Notes: a model not told the origin generated them from the letters alone. 63,991 nt of DNA, filler included, from Octopus bimaculoides (GCF_001194135.2; 7 parts of 7 records of this genome joined end to end with filler, not necessarily neighbours in it), one strand, 5' to 3'; positions 39,380 through 53,774 are shown, counted from the whole stretch's first letter. A program made the numbers and translations.

Positions 39380-39493
39380 ATGAGCTGTTATATATGTGAT
39401 ATATCGTATATCACATCTTCGTTTTAACAACTATAGTATTTTCATGTACAGATATAATGTAATATAATCTATATATATAAAAATGAGAATGTG

Positions 39494-39542
<49 letters not shown>

Positions 39543-39656
39543 GCCTGTCTGTCTGTNNNNNNNNNNNNNNNNNNNNNNNNNNNNNNNNNNNNNNNNNNNN
39601 TTAATTAATTAANNNNNNNNNNNNNNNNNNNNNNNNNNNNNNNNNNNNNNNNNNNN

Positions 39657-39690
<34 letters not shown>

Positions 39691-39769
39691 CACATTATAC
39701 AATCATATATAGTTATTCATTTACATACTACATATATATATATATGTGTGTGTGTGTGTATGTATGTAT

Positions 39770-39829
<60 letters not shown>

Positions 39830-40118
39830 TACATATATACACATATGTCCATATATGTGTATGTGTGTGTATATATATATATATAAAATGTATGTGTACA
39901 TGTGTGTGCGTATGTATTTATACACTCGCCATATTCGCATCATGGTATTGTTTATCTCTCTCTTTTTGAGATATCGGACGGGAACAAAATATATTTCCAT
40001 AATGAATATGGAACACGCGTGTGTAAGCTTATATGTATATATCTATGTTTGCAGGTATCTATAAGTGTGTGTGTATATATATGTACATATGTGTGAGTGT
40101 AAGTGTTTGAGTGCATAT

Positions 40119-40179
<61 letters not shown>

Positions 40180-40556
40180 NNNNNNNNNNNNNNNNNNNNN
40201 NNNNNNNNNNNNNNNNNNNNNNNNNNNNNNNNNNNNNNNNNNNNNNNNNNNNNNNNNNNNNNNNNNNNNNNNNNNNNNNNNNNNNNNNNNNNNNNNNNNN
40301 NNNNNNNNNNNNNNNNNNNNNNNNNNNNNNNNNNNNNNNNNNNNNNNNNNNNNNNNNNNNNNNNNNNNNNNNNNNNNNNNNNNNNNNNNNNNNNNNNNNN
40401 NNNNNNNNNNNNNNNNNNNNNNNNNNNNNNNNNNNNNNNNNNNNNNNNNNNNNNNNNNNNNNNNNNNNNNNNNNNNNNNNNNNNNNNNNNNNNNNNNNNN
40501 NNNNNNNNNNNNNNNNNNNNNNNNNNNNNNNNNNNNNNNNNNNNNNNNNNNNNNNN

Positions 40557-40587
<31 letters not shown>

Positions 40588-40984
40588 TGGGAGGGTGTAT
40601 CCGTTTATGCGTGAATTTTCTCTTATATATGTGTGTGTGAGTACTTATGTGTGTTCGTGTGTGTGTGTGTGTTTGTGAATATAATGAAATTCTGGTTAAT
40701 TGGTGAAGAAAGTGAGAAAAATGTATATGTATAAAAAGGGCGTACTTCTGCTATGGCAAAGTCGGTGTGTTTAGAATACGTGTGTTATTGTTATATGATA
40801 AGCACAAGGTTTGTATATACATGTAGACAGACAGACAGACAGGCAGACAGATAGATAGATAGACAGACAGACAGATAGATAGATAGATAGATACATATAT
40901 ACATACATACATACATATTTACATACATGCATACATACATACATACACGCACACATATATACATATATTTATATATACATATTC

Positions 40985-41027
<43 letters not shown>

Positions 41028-41563
41028 TATATACACACATATATATACATATATTTATATATACATATATGTATATACATACATATATATACATATATAT
41101 ATAGACATATACATATATACATATACATGTATAAGTATATGTGTATATATATGTGTGCATATATATACATATATATATATATACGTATATATATATATAT
41201 ACACACACAGACACACATTAACATATGTGCGTATACATACTTATATAGGTAAAATGTGTGTGTATATGTGTTTGTGTGTGTGCGTGCGTGCATGCGTGCA
41301 TGCGAGTATGTTCATGAGTCAGTTTTGCGCACGCGTGAGGGTTAGTGCGTAACTATTTAACTATATATCTTATACCTGTAAACAATCGTGTCATTTGTTA
41401 GGTATGTACTTGAGATTAGAGTGTCTATCCCACACTCAGTTCTCGTTCCCACCTCTTTCTTTCAACCTTATTAGCTGCTTCTCTCTCTCTCTCTCTCATT
41501 CTAGTTGATATTTTCTTGATTTCTCTCTATACAAACATGCATGCACATTCATACACATTTTAT

Positions 41564-41608
<45 letters not shown>

Positions 41609-42028
41609 TATATATNNNNNNNNNNNNNNNNNNNNNNNNNNNNNNNNNNNNNNNNNNNNNNNNNNNNNNNNNNNNNNNNNNNNNNNNNNNNNNNNNNNNN
41701 NNNNNNNNNNNNNNNNNNNNNNNNNNNNNNNNNNNNNNNNNNNNNNNNNNNNNNNNNNNNNNNNNNNNNNNNNNNNNNNNNNNNNNNNNNNNNNNNNNNN
41801 NNNNNNNNNNNNNNNNNNNNNNNNNNNNNNNNNNNNNNNNNNNNNNNNNNNNNNNNNNNNNNNNNNNNNNNNNNNNNNNNNNNNNNNNNNNNNNNNNNNN
41901 NNNNNNNNNNNNNNNNNNNNNNNNNNNNNNNNNNNNNNNNNNNNNNNNNNNNNNNNNNNNNNNNNNNNNNNNNNNNNNNNNNNNNNNNNNNNNNNNNNNN
42001 NNNNNNNNNNNNNNNNNNNNNNNNNNNN

Positions 42029-42049
<21 letters not shown>

Positions 42050-42079
<30 letters not shown>

Positions 42080-42165
42080 ACGAGCTTCTTTCAGTCTCCG
42101 TCTGCCAAATCCACTCACAAGGCTTTGATCGGCCTGAGGCTACAGTAGAAGACACCTGCCCAATA
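42050..42165 (-). mobile_element. SINE family B fragment
   Basis: gcttctttcagtctccgtctgccaaatccactcacaaggctttgatcggcctgaggctacagtagaagacac. Confidence 0.8.
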
Positions 42166-42984
42166 TCTATACATTCTACCCAATCCTATTGATATTATTT
42201 GCTCAATATAAGATAGTTTATACTTTACAATTCGCATATTACGATATAAGCTGCATGCATGTACTTAAATATGTATGTATGCATGCATGTATGTATGTAA
42301 GTATGTATGTATGTGTGTATGTGTGTGTATGTATGTGTATGTGTGTACGCATGAATCATTGTATGTGAGTGTGTATGCACGCATGCATGTATGTATGTGT
42401 GTACGTACATACGTATATGTATATATGTATATATATGTATATATATGTGTGTATGTATGCATGTATGTATGTATGTATGTATGTATGTACGTACGTACGT
42501 ATGTATTTTGACTCTTGGTTTTCGTTTTCGAATTTCTTACCAATTAGGAACTGAATTAAACGGTTTCAATTCCAGAAATATGACCTTTTAACATCATACA
42601 GGTTAATCTTATATGTATGTATGCATTTATGTATGTATATATACTTATATGTATGCAGTTAAGTGTGTATATCTGTGTGTGTCACCTTCCGCTTTCATTT
42701 ACTATTATCGATGAAGAACTGGCGCCCGAAACGTTAAGGATCTTTTTTCCCTTTCCTTTTAAGGGTTATACTAATAACAGCTTAGTTAAAATTTGTCTCG
42801 CCCGTTTTCAGTTTTCTTTAATTTTTCCTGTTCATCATCCTCATCACCATCATCGTCGTCGTCGTCATCATCATCATCATCATTATCACATATATATGCA
42901 TACACACGTGTATGCATGTACACATATATACATCTACATGTGGACAAGGACGCAGGCATGGTTGGCATTACAGAGGTATATTTT

Positions 42985-43400
42985 ATTTTATCCTGGACAT
43001 CATGAGTGCTTTACATACTGAGATCGTAACCTTGGCAGCTTGCAGCTGTAATCTTCGGAAAATAAATGTTCCTTTAAAATTTTTGAATTCCAATTCTTCA
43101 AGAATGATTCTAAGGTAGTCACACAGTTTGGTACTCCAATAATTATTGACAGAAAGCTAAAGTTATACTCCTGCAGATTTTTCATCATTTCGGCATAGAC
43201 GTTCCATTTTCACTAAACTTTATGTCAGCATCTACTCGGCAACTGATTTTAGCTTCTGTGCATATTTTCTTATCTCAGTCCTCGATCTCTATGTCTGGTC
43301 TTTGTGCTTACACTTCACTGAAATCTTGATAGGGATATTTCACGTGTAGTCTTTCGAATTATGTGTGGTGATGCTCTCCTCATCACCGTAGCTTTTAGGA
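42985..43400 (-). mobile_element. Non-LTR retrotransposon C-terminal restriction-like endonuclease remnant (R4/Dong-like)
   Basis: Frameshifted translation ..KH-RPDIEIED..KKIC..ISCRVDAD..YNFSFLSIIIG..LQLQAAKVTISVCK.. follows the RPD..IE..P / IIIG pattern of RLE domains. Confidence 0.55.
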
Positions 43401-43728
43401 TTATTCTTCCTCCATATCTAATTCGATAGTTTTCTAGCTACGATAGCATTACCTCATAGGCAGGTAATACCTCTGTAAATATGTGTATATATATGTGTAC
43501 TTGAATTCTCATATATCTATTTACATGTTTATATATTATGTGGATTTACATATGCACACAAATACACGCATATATTGTCGCACGCATGAACATGTGGTAA
43601 GAACCTTGACTCTCAATTTAAGATTTGGCTTGCCAGTACTTTGGACTTTTTATATCTTATGCCTTGTGAGTGAATATGAAAGCTCGTTCTGTGATATACA
43701 TACATACATACATACATACATACATACA

Positions 43729-43761
<33 letters not shown>

Positions 43762-44258
43762 GCTATTTCCAGCAGCTTCTCGTTGTTGATGCCACCAAAA
43801 GTGAACAATATTATCGTTAAAGGCATGAAAATGAAAGGATCCTTTGGACGATAATTGACGAAGAATGAGCAATGTCTCGTCTCGTGTGTGAATTTGCCGT
43901 TTGTTCCTTTGTTGTGTTTGAAACAATATACATACATACATACATACATANNNNNNNNNNNNNNNNNNNNNNNNNNNNNNNNNNNNNNNNNNNNNNNNNN
44001 NNNNNNNNNNNNNNNNNNNNNNNNNNNNNNNNNNNNNNNNNNNNNNNNNNNNNNNNNNNNNNNNNNNNNNNNNNNNNNNNNNNNNNNNNNNNNNNNNNNN
44101 NNNNNNNNNNNNNNNNNNNNNNNNNNNNNNNNNNNNNNNNNNNNNNNNNNNNNNNNNNNNNNNNNNNNNNNNNNNNNNNNNNNNNNNNNNNNNNNNNNNN
44201 NNNNNNNNNNNNNNNNNNNNNNNNNNNNNNNNNNNNNNNNNNNNNNNNNNNNNNNNNN

Positions 44259-44420
44259 CTTTAGTCGAGCAAATCGACCCCAGGACTCAATTCTTTGCAA
44301 GCCTTGTGCTTATTGTATAGGTCTCTTTTGCCGAACCGCTAAGTTACGGGGACGTAAACACACCGGCATCGGTTGTCAAGCGATGTTGAGAGACAAATAC
44401 ACACACAGACACAGACACAG

Positions 44421-44464
<44 letters not shown>

Positions 44465-44500
44465 GACGGGCTTCTTTCAGTTTCCACTTACATCTATAGG
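44259..44500 (-). mobile_element. SINE family B (internal part)
   Basis: ctttagtcgagcaaatcgaccccaggact...gccgaaccgctaagttacggggacgtaaacacacc, then (CA)n, then gacgggcttctttcagtttcc. Confidence 0.85.
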
Positions 44501-45689
44501 TAGATTTCACTCACCTTTTTTTANNNNNNNNNNNNNNNNNNNNNNNNNNNNNNNNNNNNNNNNNNNNNNNNNNNNNNNNNNNNNNNNNNNNNNNNNNNNN
44601 NNNNNNNNNNNNNNNNNNNNNNNNNNNNNNNNNNNNNNNNNNNNNNNNNNNNNNNNNNNNNNNNNNNNNNNNNNNNNNNNNNNNNNNNNNNNNNNNNNNN
44701 NNNNNNNNNNNNNNNNNNNNNNNNNNNNNNNNNNNNNNNNNNNNNNNNNNNNNNNNNNNNNNNNNNNNNNNNNNNNNNNNNNNNNNNNNNNNNNNNNNNN
44801 NNNNNNNNNNNNNNNNNNNNNNNNNNNNNNNNNNNNNNNNNNNNNNNNNNNNNNNNNNNNNNNNNNNNNNNNNNNNNNNNNNNNNNNNNNNNNNNNNNNN
44901 NNNNNNNNNNNNNNNNNNNNNNNNNNNNNNNNNNNNNNNNNNNNNNNNNNNNNNNNNNNNNNNNNNNNNNNNNNNNNNNNNNNNNNNNNNNNNNNNNNNN
45001 NNNNNNNNNNNNNNNNNNNNNNNNNNNNNNNNNNNNNNNNNNNNNNNNNNNNNNNNNNNNNNNNNNNNNNNNNNNNNNNNNNNNNNNNNNNNNNNNNNNN
45101 NNNNNNNNNNNNNNNNNNNNNNNNNNNNNNNNNNNNNNNNNNNNNNNNNNNNNNNNNNNNNNNNNNNNNNNNNNNNNNNNNNNNNNNNNNNNNNNNNNNN
45201 NNNNNNNNNNNNNNNNNNNNNNNNNNNNNNNNNNNNNNNNNNNNNNNNNNNNNNNNNNNNNNNNNNNNNNNNNNNNNNNNNATATATTCTTTATATATAT
45301 ATATCTTATATGCTTATGCACACTCGCTAACACATTTATATCTCATGTGTACATATTTTTAGCGAAATACGCTTTTTATAAACAACTATCTATATAAGTC
45401 ATCTATATAAACATTTATATGCATATAGATATCCATGTGCGTGTGTGTGTATGTGCGTTTGTGTTTGTATATGTGCGTGTTTGTGTCTGCGTGTGTTTAT
45501 GTATCCCGCTTTCCTTCCAACACAGTGCTTGCGTATATGAGTTTATGAGCAGAGAGCGAGAGAAGGTTCGAGGTGTTGGTGGTGGCAATGATGTGAAGGT
45601 GGGTGGAAGCGCTGTGTCGGCGCTGGCGTCAATGCGTCGGTGACGTGACGTCTGTATTGCTGTTGACGACGGCGGCATTGGTGGGTGTC

Positions 45690-47626
45690 AGCTGCTGTTG
45701 TTGTTGTTGTTGTGGATCGGGGGGTGGGTGGGGTTAAGAAATGGTGGTGCGGGTGCGGGTGGAGGCCGACCACGACGACGACCACTACCACTACCACTAC
45801 CACTACCACTACCACTACCACAACAACGACGACGACGATGACAATGANNNNNNNNNNNNNNNNNNNNNNNNNNNNNNNNNNNNNNNNNNNNNNNNNNNNN
45901 NNNNNNNNNNNNNNNNNNNNNNNNNNNNNNNNNNNNNNNNNNNNNNNNNNNNNNNNNNNNNNNNNNNNNNNNNNNNNNNNNNNNNNNNNNNNNNNNNNNN
46001 NNNNNNNNNNNNNNNNNNNNNNNNNNNNNNNNNNNNNNNNNNNNNNNNNNNNNNNNNNNNNNNNNNNNNNNNNNNNNNNNNNNNNNNNNNNNNNNNNNNN
46101 NNNNNNNNNNNNNNNNNNNNNNNNNNNNNNNNNNNNNNNNNNNNNNNNNNNNNNNNNNNNNNNNNNNNNNNNNNNNNNNNNNNNNNNNNNNNNNNNNNNN
46201 NNNNNNNNNNNNNNNNNNNNNNNNNNNNNNNNNNNNNNNNNNNNNNNNNNNNNNNNNNNNNNNNNNNNNNNNNNNNNNNNNNNNNNNNNNNNNNNNNNNN
46301 NNNNNNNNNNNNNNNNNNNNNNNNNNNNNNNNNNNNNNNNNNNNNNNNNNNNNNNNNNNNNNNNNNNNNNNNNNNNNNNNNNNNNNNNNNNNNNNNNNNN
46401 NNNNNNNNNNNNNNNNNNNNNNNNNNNNNNNNNNNNNNNNNNNNNNNNNNNNNNNNNNNNNNNNNNNNNNNNNNNNNNNNNNNNNNNNNNNNNNNNNNNN
46501 NNNNNNNNNNNNNNNNNNNNNNNNNNNNNNNNNNNNNNNNNNNNNNNNNNNNNNNNNNNNNNNNNNNNNNNNNNNNNNNNNNNNNNNNNNNNNNNNNNNN
46601 NNNNNNNNNNNNNNNNNNNNNNNNNNNNNNNNNNNNNNNNNNNNNNNNNNNNNNNNNNNNNNNNNNNNNNNNNNNNNNNNNNNNNNNNNNNNNNNNNNNN
46701 NNNNNNNNNNNNNNNNNNNNNNNNNNNNNNNNNNNNNNNNNTGGTGTCGTCGTCGACGACGGTGATGATGTGTAGTAATGGTGGTGATGATGATGGTAGT
46801 GCTGGTGGCGGTGGCGGTGACGGTGAGCGATGGGTGAAGCAGGCGGTGTCGACTTTGTACGTGATGGTGGCAGCGGTGCCGGTGGTAATCGCTGTAGTTG
46901 TTGGTGGTAGCGTTGGAGGTGGTGGCGGCGGCGGTGGTGGTGATGGCAGTAGTGGCTGTGTTGGTGGTAGTGGAAATAGTAGTTATAATGGTAACAGTGC
47001 TGGTGTAATAATAATAGTGTGCTAATGGTAATTGTGTTTATAAGGGTAATAGTAGTAGTATTAGTAGTAGTATGGTAGTGATAGTAATAGTATGGTAGTG
47101 GTGGTAGTAGTAGTACTAGTGGTGGTGGTGGTGGTGGTGATTAATAATAATTGTAGTAGTGGAAGTAGTAGTAACAGTAATGTGATGGCGGTAATAGTAC
47201 AGTCGGTAGTAGAAGACAGTGAAAGGTCGAGAAGTGAAGTACGATAGTAGTAATGGCGGTGACAGTAGTAGCAACAGGAGCAGCAGTAGTAGTAGTAGTG
47301 GTGGTGGTGGTGGTGTGAGCGGATGCGATGGTGGTGGCTCATGTTAGAGGTGATTGATGGTGGAGGTAGGGATGGTAGTGGTGTGGTGGTGGTGATGATG
47401 ATGATGACGATGATGATGATGATGATGATCGTTTACGATGGGATTAGTCTTGGACGGTAATAAATGGTAAAACTGAATGGTATCGAAGTTGGTGGCGGTG
47501 GATAATGATGATGTGAGTGGTAGTGATCTGAATAATGACTAGATAATGATGATGATGATAGTGGTGGTGGTGGTGGTGGTGGTACCGGTAGTGTTGGTAG
47601 TAGTGGGCTAGTATGATAGCTGTAAT

Positions 47627-47680
<54 letters not shown>

Positions 47681-47720
47681 AGTAGTAGTAGTAGTAGTAG
47701 TAGTAATTGTGGTTATGGTG
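45690..47720. repeat. Mixed trinucleotide low-complexity field (GGT/GAT/TAG/TAT, CACTAC) spanning a gap
   Basis: Directly visible; source of the spurious poly-T, poly-G and poly-H ORFs. Confidence 0.85.
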
Positions 47721-47967
47721 ACGACAGTGAGGGTTGTAGTAGTTTGCAAAGCATAGCAATAAGTTCGCTTCGTAAGATTCATGTCCCAGGTTCAACCTCA
47801 TTGAGTTGCGCCTCAGGCAAGCGCCAGCCTCCATTGCTTCTCGGGGTAAACCAGGTATTTTGAATGAAATAAATAAGTTAAATGGAAACTGTATCGAAAC
47901 TGTAATTCAAAAGTACAACTTGATCACACATGCTGTGTCATGCTGATTCTATTTGCACATATAATCG

Positions 47968-48083
<116 letters not shown>

Positions 48084-49299
48084 TCTTTTGATCAGTGTCG
48101 ACAAGAAAAATTGATACAAAGGATATAGTGAACTTGCCGTGGGGAGTGGGGGGTGATCAACGTTTCGGACAAAGTCTTTCTTCAATAATAAGTTGATAGG
48201 AGAGAAATTATTGAGACACAGCAGCGTTGACCACGGGTGCTTCATACATGAACAGGAAGTGGTAGGAGATTGAATCAGGCTTAGTAAAGGAGCAGTTAAT
48301 TAATTTGATTGAATCAAGCTTAGTTAATTAATTTGATTGAACTGAATCCTCACAGTTGAGCGATGATTGTAGTGTTAATTCCGTTCAATCTCAGCTTAGC
48401 AAGCCAATGATCAAAGGCATTCCAGTTCTGGCCACCCCGTCTCTTCAAGAGAAGCCGTGTACTAAAATTCCATCGCATTCAATTGGAAACGTTGTGATAA
48501 CTGGTTGAAGGTGATGGCAGTGTTGTTTAGCCCCATGTCTACTTTGATTAAGTAGACATGTTATCAATCAGAGGTGGTCAAGCAGTGTCCACCACTCTAA
48601 GCCACACACTCACCATTATGACCAGTCCTCCCTCCTTAGGAGATCGGTCCCCGAGAACAACTTTCCTGCAGGTGTCCACTTGTAACAGATAAAACGGACC
48701 ATGACCGGTATTTACGTGTCTCAGAGGGCCTGCAAAAGCCATGGGCACTGCTCCTTTCTCCAGGCACAGCAAGTAAAAAAAAAAAAAAATTTTAATTCTA
48801 CAGTCTAGTGTATCTTGGGGTACTTATCTTGCATACACGTTTCTTTTTCTTTTTGAATCAGTAGTTTGTAAAGTAAGAGAGATTTGGCTGTTATTTCTAG
48901 CACGATGGCGCAACCATTCCTTGAGAGGTTCATAGTTGTGTAATTTAAAATTAGGCTACAGACATTAGTTGTTTTTCTAGCGAACAACTCATTTCTGAAA
49001 GTTAAATTCTATTTTTAATGTTGATTTCAGAAACTGGAGCACTCCCTGCAATGCAATTTTGCCGACAAATTGAATATATTTCCATTTACGATATTTCGGA
49101 TGTTTCCGCAATCCCCCACCCCGGTTGTATCAACGATGTATAAATTAGCAGTAAATTTCTCTTATGACTTTTCTTTGTGATCTGTTAATAGCTTAATCAT
49201 TCGTGCATATTTACATATATTTTTTTCATGAACGATTGACTTACCTAGAAACACGGAGAAGATACAGGTTATGAATTTACGTTAATTTCAATGTTCTTT

Positions 49300-49860
49300 T
49301 TTTTCTTTAACTTGTTTCTATTATTAGACTACGGTCATGCTGGAGTATCTCTTTGAAGGTTTTTTTTTTAGTCAAACAAATAGATCCCAGAACTTATTTC
49401 TTAAGTCTGGTACTTTTTCTGTTCTTGTAACCGCTGAGTTACAAGAACGTAAACACACCAGAACCGGTTGTCAAGCAATGGTGAGGGACAAACATACACA
49501 CACACACACACACACACGCACACACACACACATATATAAATATATACATATATATAACGGGCTTCTTTCATTTTCCGTCTACCAAATCCACTCACAAGGC
49601 TTTGGTCGGCCCGAGGCTATAATAGAAGACACTTGCCCTAGGTGCCACGCAGTGGCACTGAGCCCGGAACCATGTGGTTGGTAAACAAGCTACTTACCAC
49701 ACAGCCACATATATACGATGAGCTTTTTTCAGTTTCCGTCTAAGAAATCGGCCCGAGCCTTCAGAAGAAGACACTTGCCCAACTTGTCATGCAGTTGGAC
49801 TGAACCCGGAACCATATGATTGAGAAGCAAGCTTCTTACCACACAGCCACGCCTGCGCCT
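49300..49860 (-). mobile_element. SINE family B full copy (49300-49710) plus a second 5' head (49720-49860) in tandem
   Basis: Two reverse-complement heads (cttaccacacagccac; gaacccggaaccat; agaagacacttgccc), about 140 bp apart. Confidence 0.85.
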
Positions 49861-49990
49861 CATTTTATCTTCAGTTTTGTAACGCCTTAATAATATTCTG
49901 TTATCACTATAAAACTGATTAATTTTTGTGCATATAGATATTACTGAACTTTTGGTTAAAAGCTTTGTACATCCGCACGCGTGCACAGAC

Positions 49991-50021
<31 letters not shown>

Positions 50022-51104
50022 CACACACACACACACACACACACAAATACACACATATACATATTACAGACTGGTAATCTGATCAAACAAGCGTAGTTTT
50101 GATCAGGGCACCTCACTGACGAGGTCCATTAACACCAAAACGTGTCCACAGCTGCCACATTGCTTGCCAAAAAAAGATCATACTCCCTTCCTCAGCATAT
50201 TATATAACTTGTGTGAAATTAATTCTTAATTTATTGAAGTAATCTTCCCTTTACTTTAAAGAATCTTTNNNNNNNNNNNNNNNNNNNNNNNNNNNNNNNN
50301 NNNNNNNNNNNNNNNNNNNNNNNNNNNNNNNNNNNNNNNNNNNNNNNNNNNNNNNNNNNNNNNNNNNNNNNNNNNNNNNNNNNNNNNNNNNNNNNNNNNN
50401 NNNNNNNNNNNNNNNNNNNNNNNNNNNNNNNNNNNNNNNNNNNNNNNNNNNNNNNNNNNNNNNNNNNNNNNNNNNNNNNNNNNNNNNNNNNNNNNNNNNN
50501 NNNNNNNNNNNNNNNNNNNNNNNNNNNNNNNNNNNNNNNNNNNNNNNNNNNNNNNNNNNNNNNNNNNNNNNNNNNNNNNNNNNNNNNNNNNNNNNNNNNN
50601 NNNNNNNNNNNNNNNNNNNNNNNNNNNNNNNNNNNNNNNNNNNNNNNNNNNNNNNNNNNNNNNNNNNNNNNNNNNNNNNNNNNNNNNNNNNNNNNNNNNN
50701 NNNNNNNNNNNNNNNNNNNNNNNNNNNNNNNNNNNNNNNNNNNNNNNNNNNNNNNNNNNNNNNNNNNNNNNNNNNNNNNNNNNNNNNNNNNNNNNNNNNN
50801 NNNNNNNNNNNNNNNNNNNNNNNNNNNNNNNNNNNNNNNNNNNNNNNNNNNNNNNNNNNNNNNNNNNNNNNNNNNNNNNNNNNNNNNNNNNNNNNNNNNN
50901 NNNNNNNNNNNNNNNNNNNNNNNNNNNNNNNNNNNNNNNNNNNNNNNNNNNNNNNNNNNNNNNNNNNNNNNNNNNNNNNNNNNNNNNNNNNNNNNNNNNN
51001 NNNNNNNNNNNNNNNNNNNNNNNNNNNNNNNNNNNNNNNNNNNNNNNNNNNNNNNNNNNNNNNNNNNNNNNNNNNNNNNNNNNNNNNNNNNNNNNNNNNN
51101 NNNN

Positions 51105-51411
51105 GAGTGTTTATTGAGCGAAAACACCTAAAAGCTCCACGAGGCTCCGGCAGGGGATGGTGGCGAACCCTGCTGTACTCTTTCACCACAACTTTGTCTC
51201 ACTCTTACTTCCTGTTTCTGTTGTGCCTGTAATTCAAAGGGGCCAGCCTTGTCACACTGTGTCACACTGAATATCCCCGAGAACTACGTTAAGGGTACAC
51301 GTGTCTGTGGAGTGCTCGGCCACTTGCACGTTAATTTCACGAGCAGGCTGTTCCGTTGATCGGATCAACTGGAACCCTCGACGTCGTAAGCGACGGAGTG
51401 CCAACAACAAC
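51105..51411 (+). mobile_element. SINE family C (5' end lost in a gap)
   Basis: Matches the reverse complement of 38980-39300 and ends in (AAC)n. Confidence 0.88.
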
Positions 51412-51590
51412 AGCAAATATGTTATAAGGGAGTATAATTGGAAGGAGAGTGAAATGAGGAGACAGCCGAAATAAGGATGAATAGCTGTAACAATGTTAGA
51501 AGAAAGAAAGAAAGAAAGAAAGGAAGGAGGGAAGAGAGTGACAAAAAGAGAGAGAGCATGAGAGAGAAGTTGAAAAAGTGTTAACAAAGT

Positions 51591-51750
51591 AGGAGTGGCT
51601 GTGTGGTAAGTAGCTTGCTTACCAACCACATGGTCCCGGGTTCAGTCCCACTGCGTGGCATCTTGGGCAAGTGTCTTCTACTATAGCCTCGGGCCGACCA
51701 AAGCTTTGTGAGTGGATTTGGTAAACAGAAACTAAAAGAAGCCCGTCGTA

Positions 51751-51805
<55 letters not shown>

Positions 51806-52015
51806 TTGTGTGTCTGTGTTTGTCCCCCCAATCGCTTGACAACCGATGGTGGTGTGTTTATGTCCCCGTAACTTAGCGGTTCGGCAAAAGAGACCGATAG
51901 AATAAGTACCAGGCTTCTAAAGAATAAGTCCTGGTGTCGATTTGCTCGACTAAAGGCGCTGCTCCAGCATGGCCACAGTCAAAAGACTGAAACAAGTAAA
52001 AGAGTAAAAGAGTAA
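51591..52015 (+). mobile_element. Full-length tRNA-derived SINE family B with an internal (TA)n(TG)n microsatellite
   Basis: aggagtggctgtgtggtaag (A box), gggttcagtccc (B box), ttgggcaagtgtcttctactatagcctcgggccgacc central domain, and an (AGTAAAAG)n tail. Confidence 0.9.
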
Positions 52016-52706
52016 AGTAACTGGAGATTATTAGTGGGAGTGAGAAAGCAAAAATGAACTTAAAAAATAAATAACCGAAGAAGTATTTGGAAGCGGTCGG
52101 GTAGATTTGTTGAGAAAGTGAGAGGGGTAGAAAGACTGCGGCTAAACTTAAGAAAGAAAAACAGAAAGTGAGAAGGAGAAAAGTGGGTAGAACTATAGCA
52201 ACAACGAAAGCAACAACCACAAAAATGAACAACAACATGATCAGTGGCAACAATAAGTACAATAGCTGAAGAAAAGTTCAACATAAACGCGAGCAGCAGC
52301 AGCAGCAACGGGACTAACAGCTACAAGAGACTAATGTAACCACTCGAACAATAAATAATACCAACAATAGCACCTAAACTACAATTTTTTTTTATCTGGT
52401 TCTATGGCCCGATAGAAACAGCAGCCGAATCTTCCTCAAATTACACTCTACCGCATTTACGTATGAAGAAGTCACACTGGGCAATATTGTCCTTTGACAA
52501 CACTAAAAAAAAAAAAATGGCAGAGTGGTTAAGTTATGTATGTATGTCATTATTCAATATATTTCAAGATTTCTTGCCAATAGAGAAAGAACCGGTTTCT
52601 AACCCACATCCAAGGCAATTTCAACATCAACAACAGGGTATTTTTGTTTCTATGTATGTATGCATGTATGTATGTATGTATGTATGTATGTATGTATGTA
52701 TGTATG

Positions 52707-52905
52707 TGAAGGCGCATGGATTAGTGGTTAGGGTGTTGGACTCATGACTGCAAGATCGTGGTTTCGATACCCAGACCGGGCATTGCGTTGTGTTCCTGAG
52801 CAAAGTACTTCATTTCACGGTGCTCCTAGCAGGTAATGTTGATTTGATGGCGGGACTGAGCTTATGTGAACACAAATATTTGATCACTATAAACTAATCA
52901 TACGT
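52707..52905 (+). mobile_element. tRNA-derived SINE, family D-like
   Basis: gaaggcgcatggattagtggttagggtgttggactc..gtggtttcgataccc..gtgttcctgagcaaagtacttcatttcac. Confidence 0.7.
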
Positions 52906-52939
52906 CGCCTAACGACTAGAGAGTCCATAATGTATGTAT

Positions 52940-53362
52940 GACTGTATGGTAAGTAGCTTGCTTACCAGCCGCATGGTTCCGAGTTCAGTCCCACTGCGTG
53001 GCACCTTGGGCAAGTGTCTTCAACTATAGCCTCGGGCCGACCAATGCCTTGTGAGTGGATTTGGTAGACGGAAACTGAAAAGAGGCCTGTCGTATATTTG
53101 TATATATATGTATGTGTGTATGTGTGTATGTGTGCATATGTTTGTGTGTCTGTGCTTGTCCTCCCAACATCGATTGACAACCGATGCTGGTGTATTTACG
53201 TGCCCGTAACTTAGCGGTTCGGCAAAGGTGACCGATAGAATAAGTACTAGGCTTACAAAGAATAAGTCCTGGGGTCGATTTACTCGACTAAAGGCGGTGC
53301 TCCAGCATGGCCGCAGTCAAATGACTGAAACAAGTAAAAGAGTAAAAGAGAGAGTAAAAGAG
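52940..53362 (+). mobile_element. Full-length SINE family B
   Basis: Colinear with 51591-52015. Confidence 0.9.
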
Positions 53363-53718
53363 TATGTATGTATATATGTATGTGGATGCGTGTGGGCGCG
53401 TACGTACGTACGTGTGTGTGTATGTGTGTGCGTGTGAGTGTGTGCATGCATGTGTGTGCGTATGAGATGTCTTACATGTTTTTGCACATGTATACCTATA
53501 TAACTCCTATTAGTAATGAAACATATGTAGTGGGGAACAAATGATACTCAACAAATTTGTTCACCCTTCTGTTTTGATATATAATTATTCTTCAATAACT
53601 ATTTTCTAAGATTTTCAACTCGCAAAAATAATAGCATCTGTAAATATACATTGGAGTATTGGAATAGGCAGATGCGATTCATGAGGACACAGCTTGGAGC
53701 ATAACCCTACCGACATAC

Positions 53719-53773
<55 letters not shown>

Positions 53774-53774
53774 T

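Noticed and set aside
42708-42740. Hammerhead-like CGATGAAG..CGAAACGTT (similar motifs at 48150-48195 and 50115-50150)
   Set aside because: The core is mutated and stems I and II do not pair convincingly. They are possibly very old PLE ends but are not supportable.
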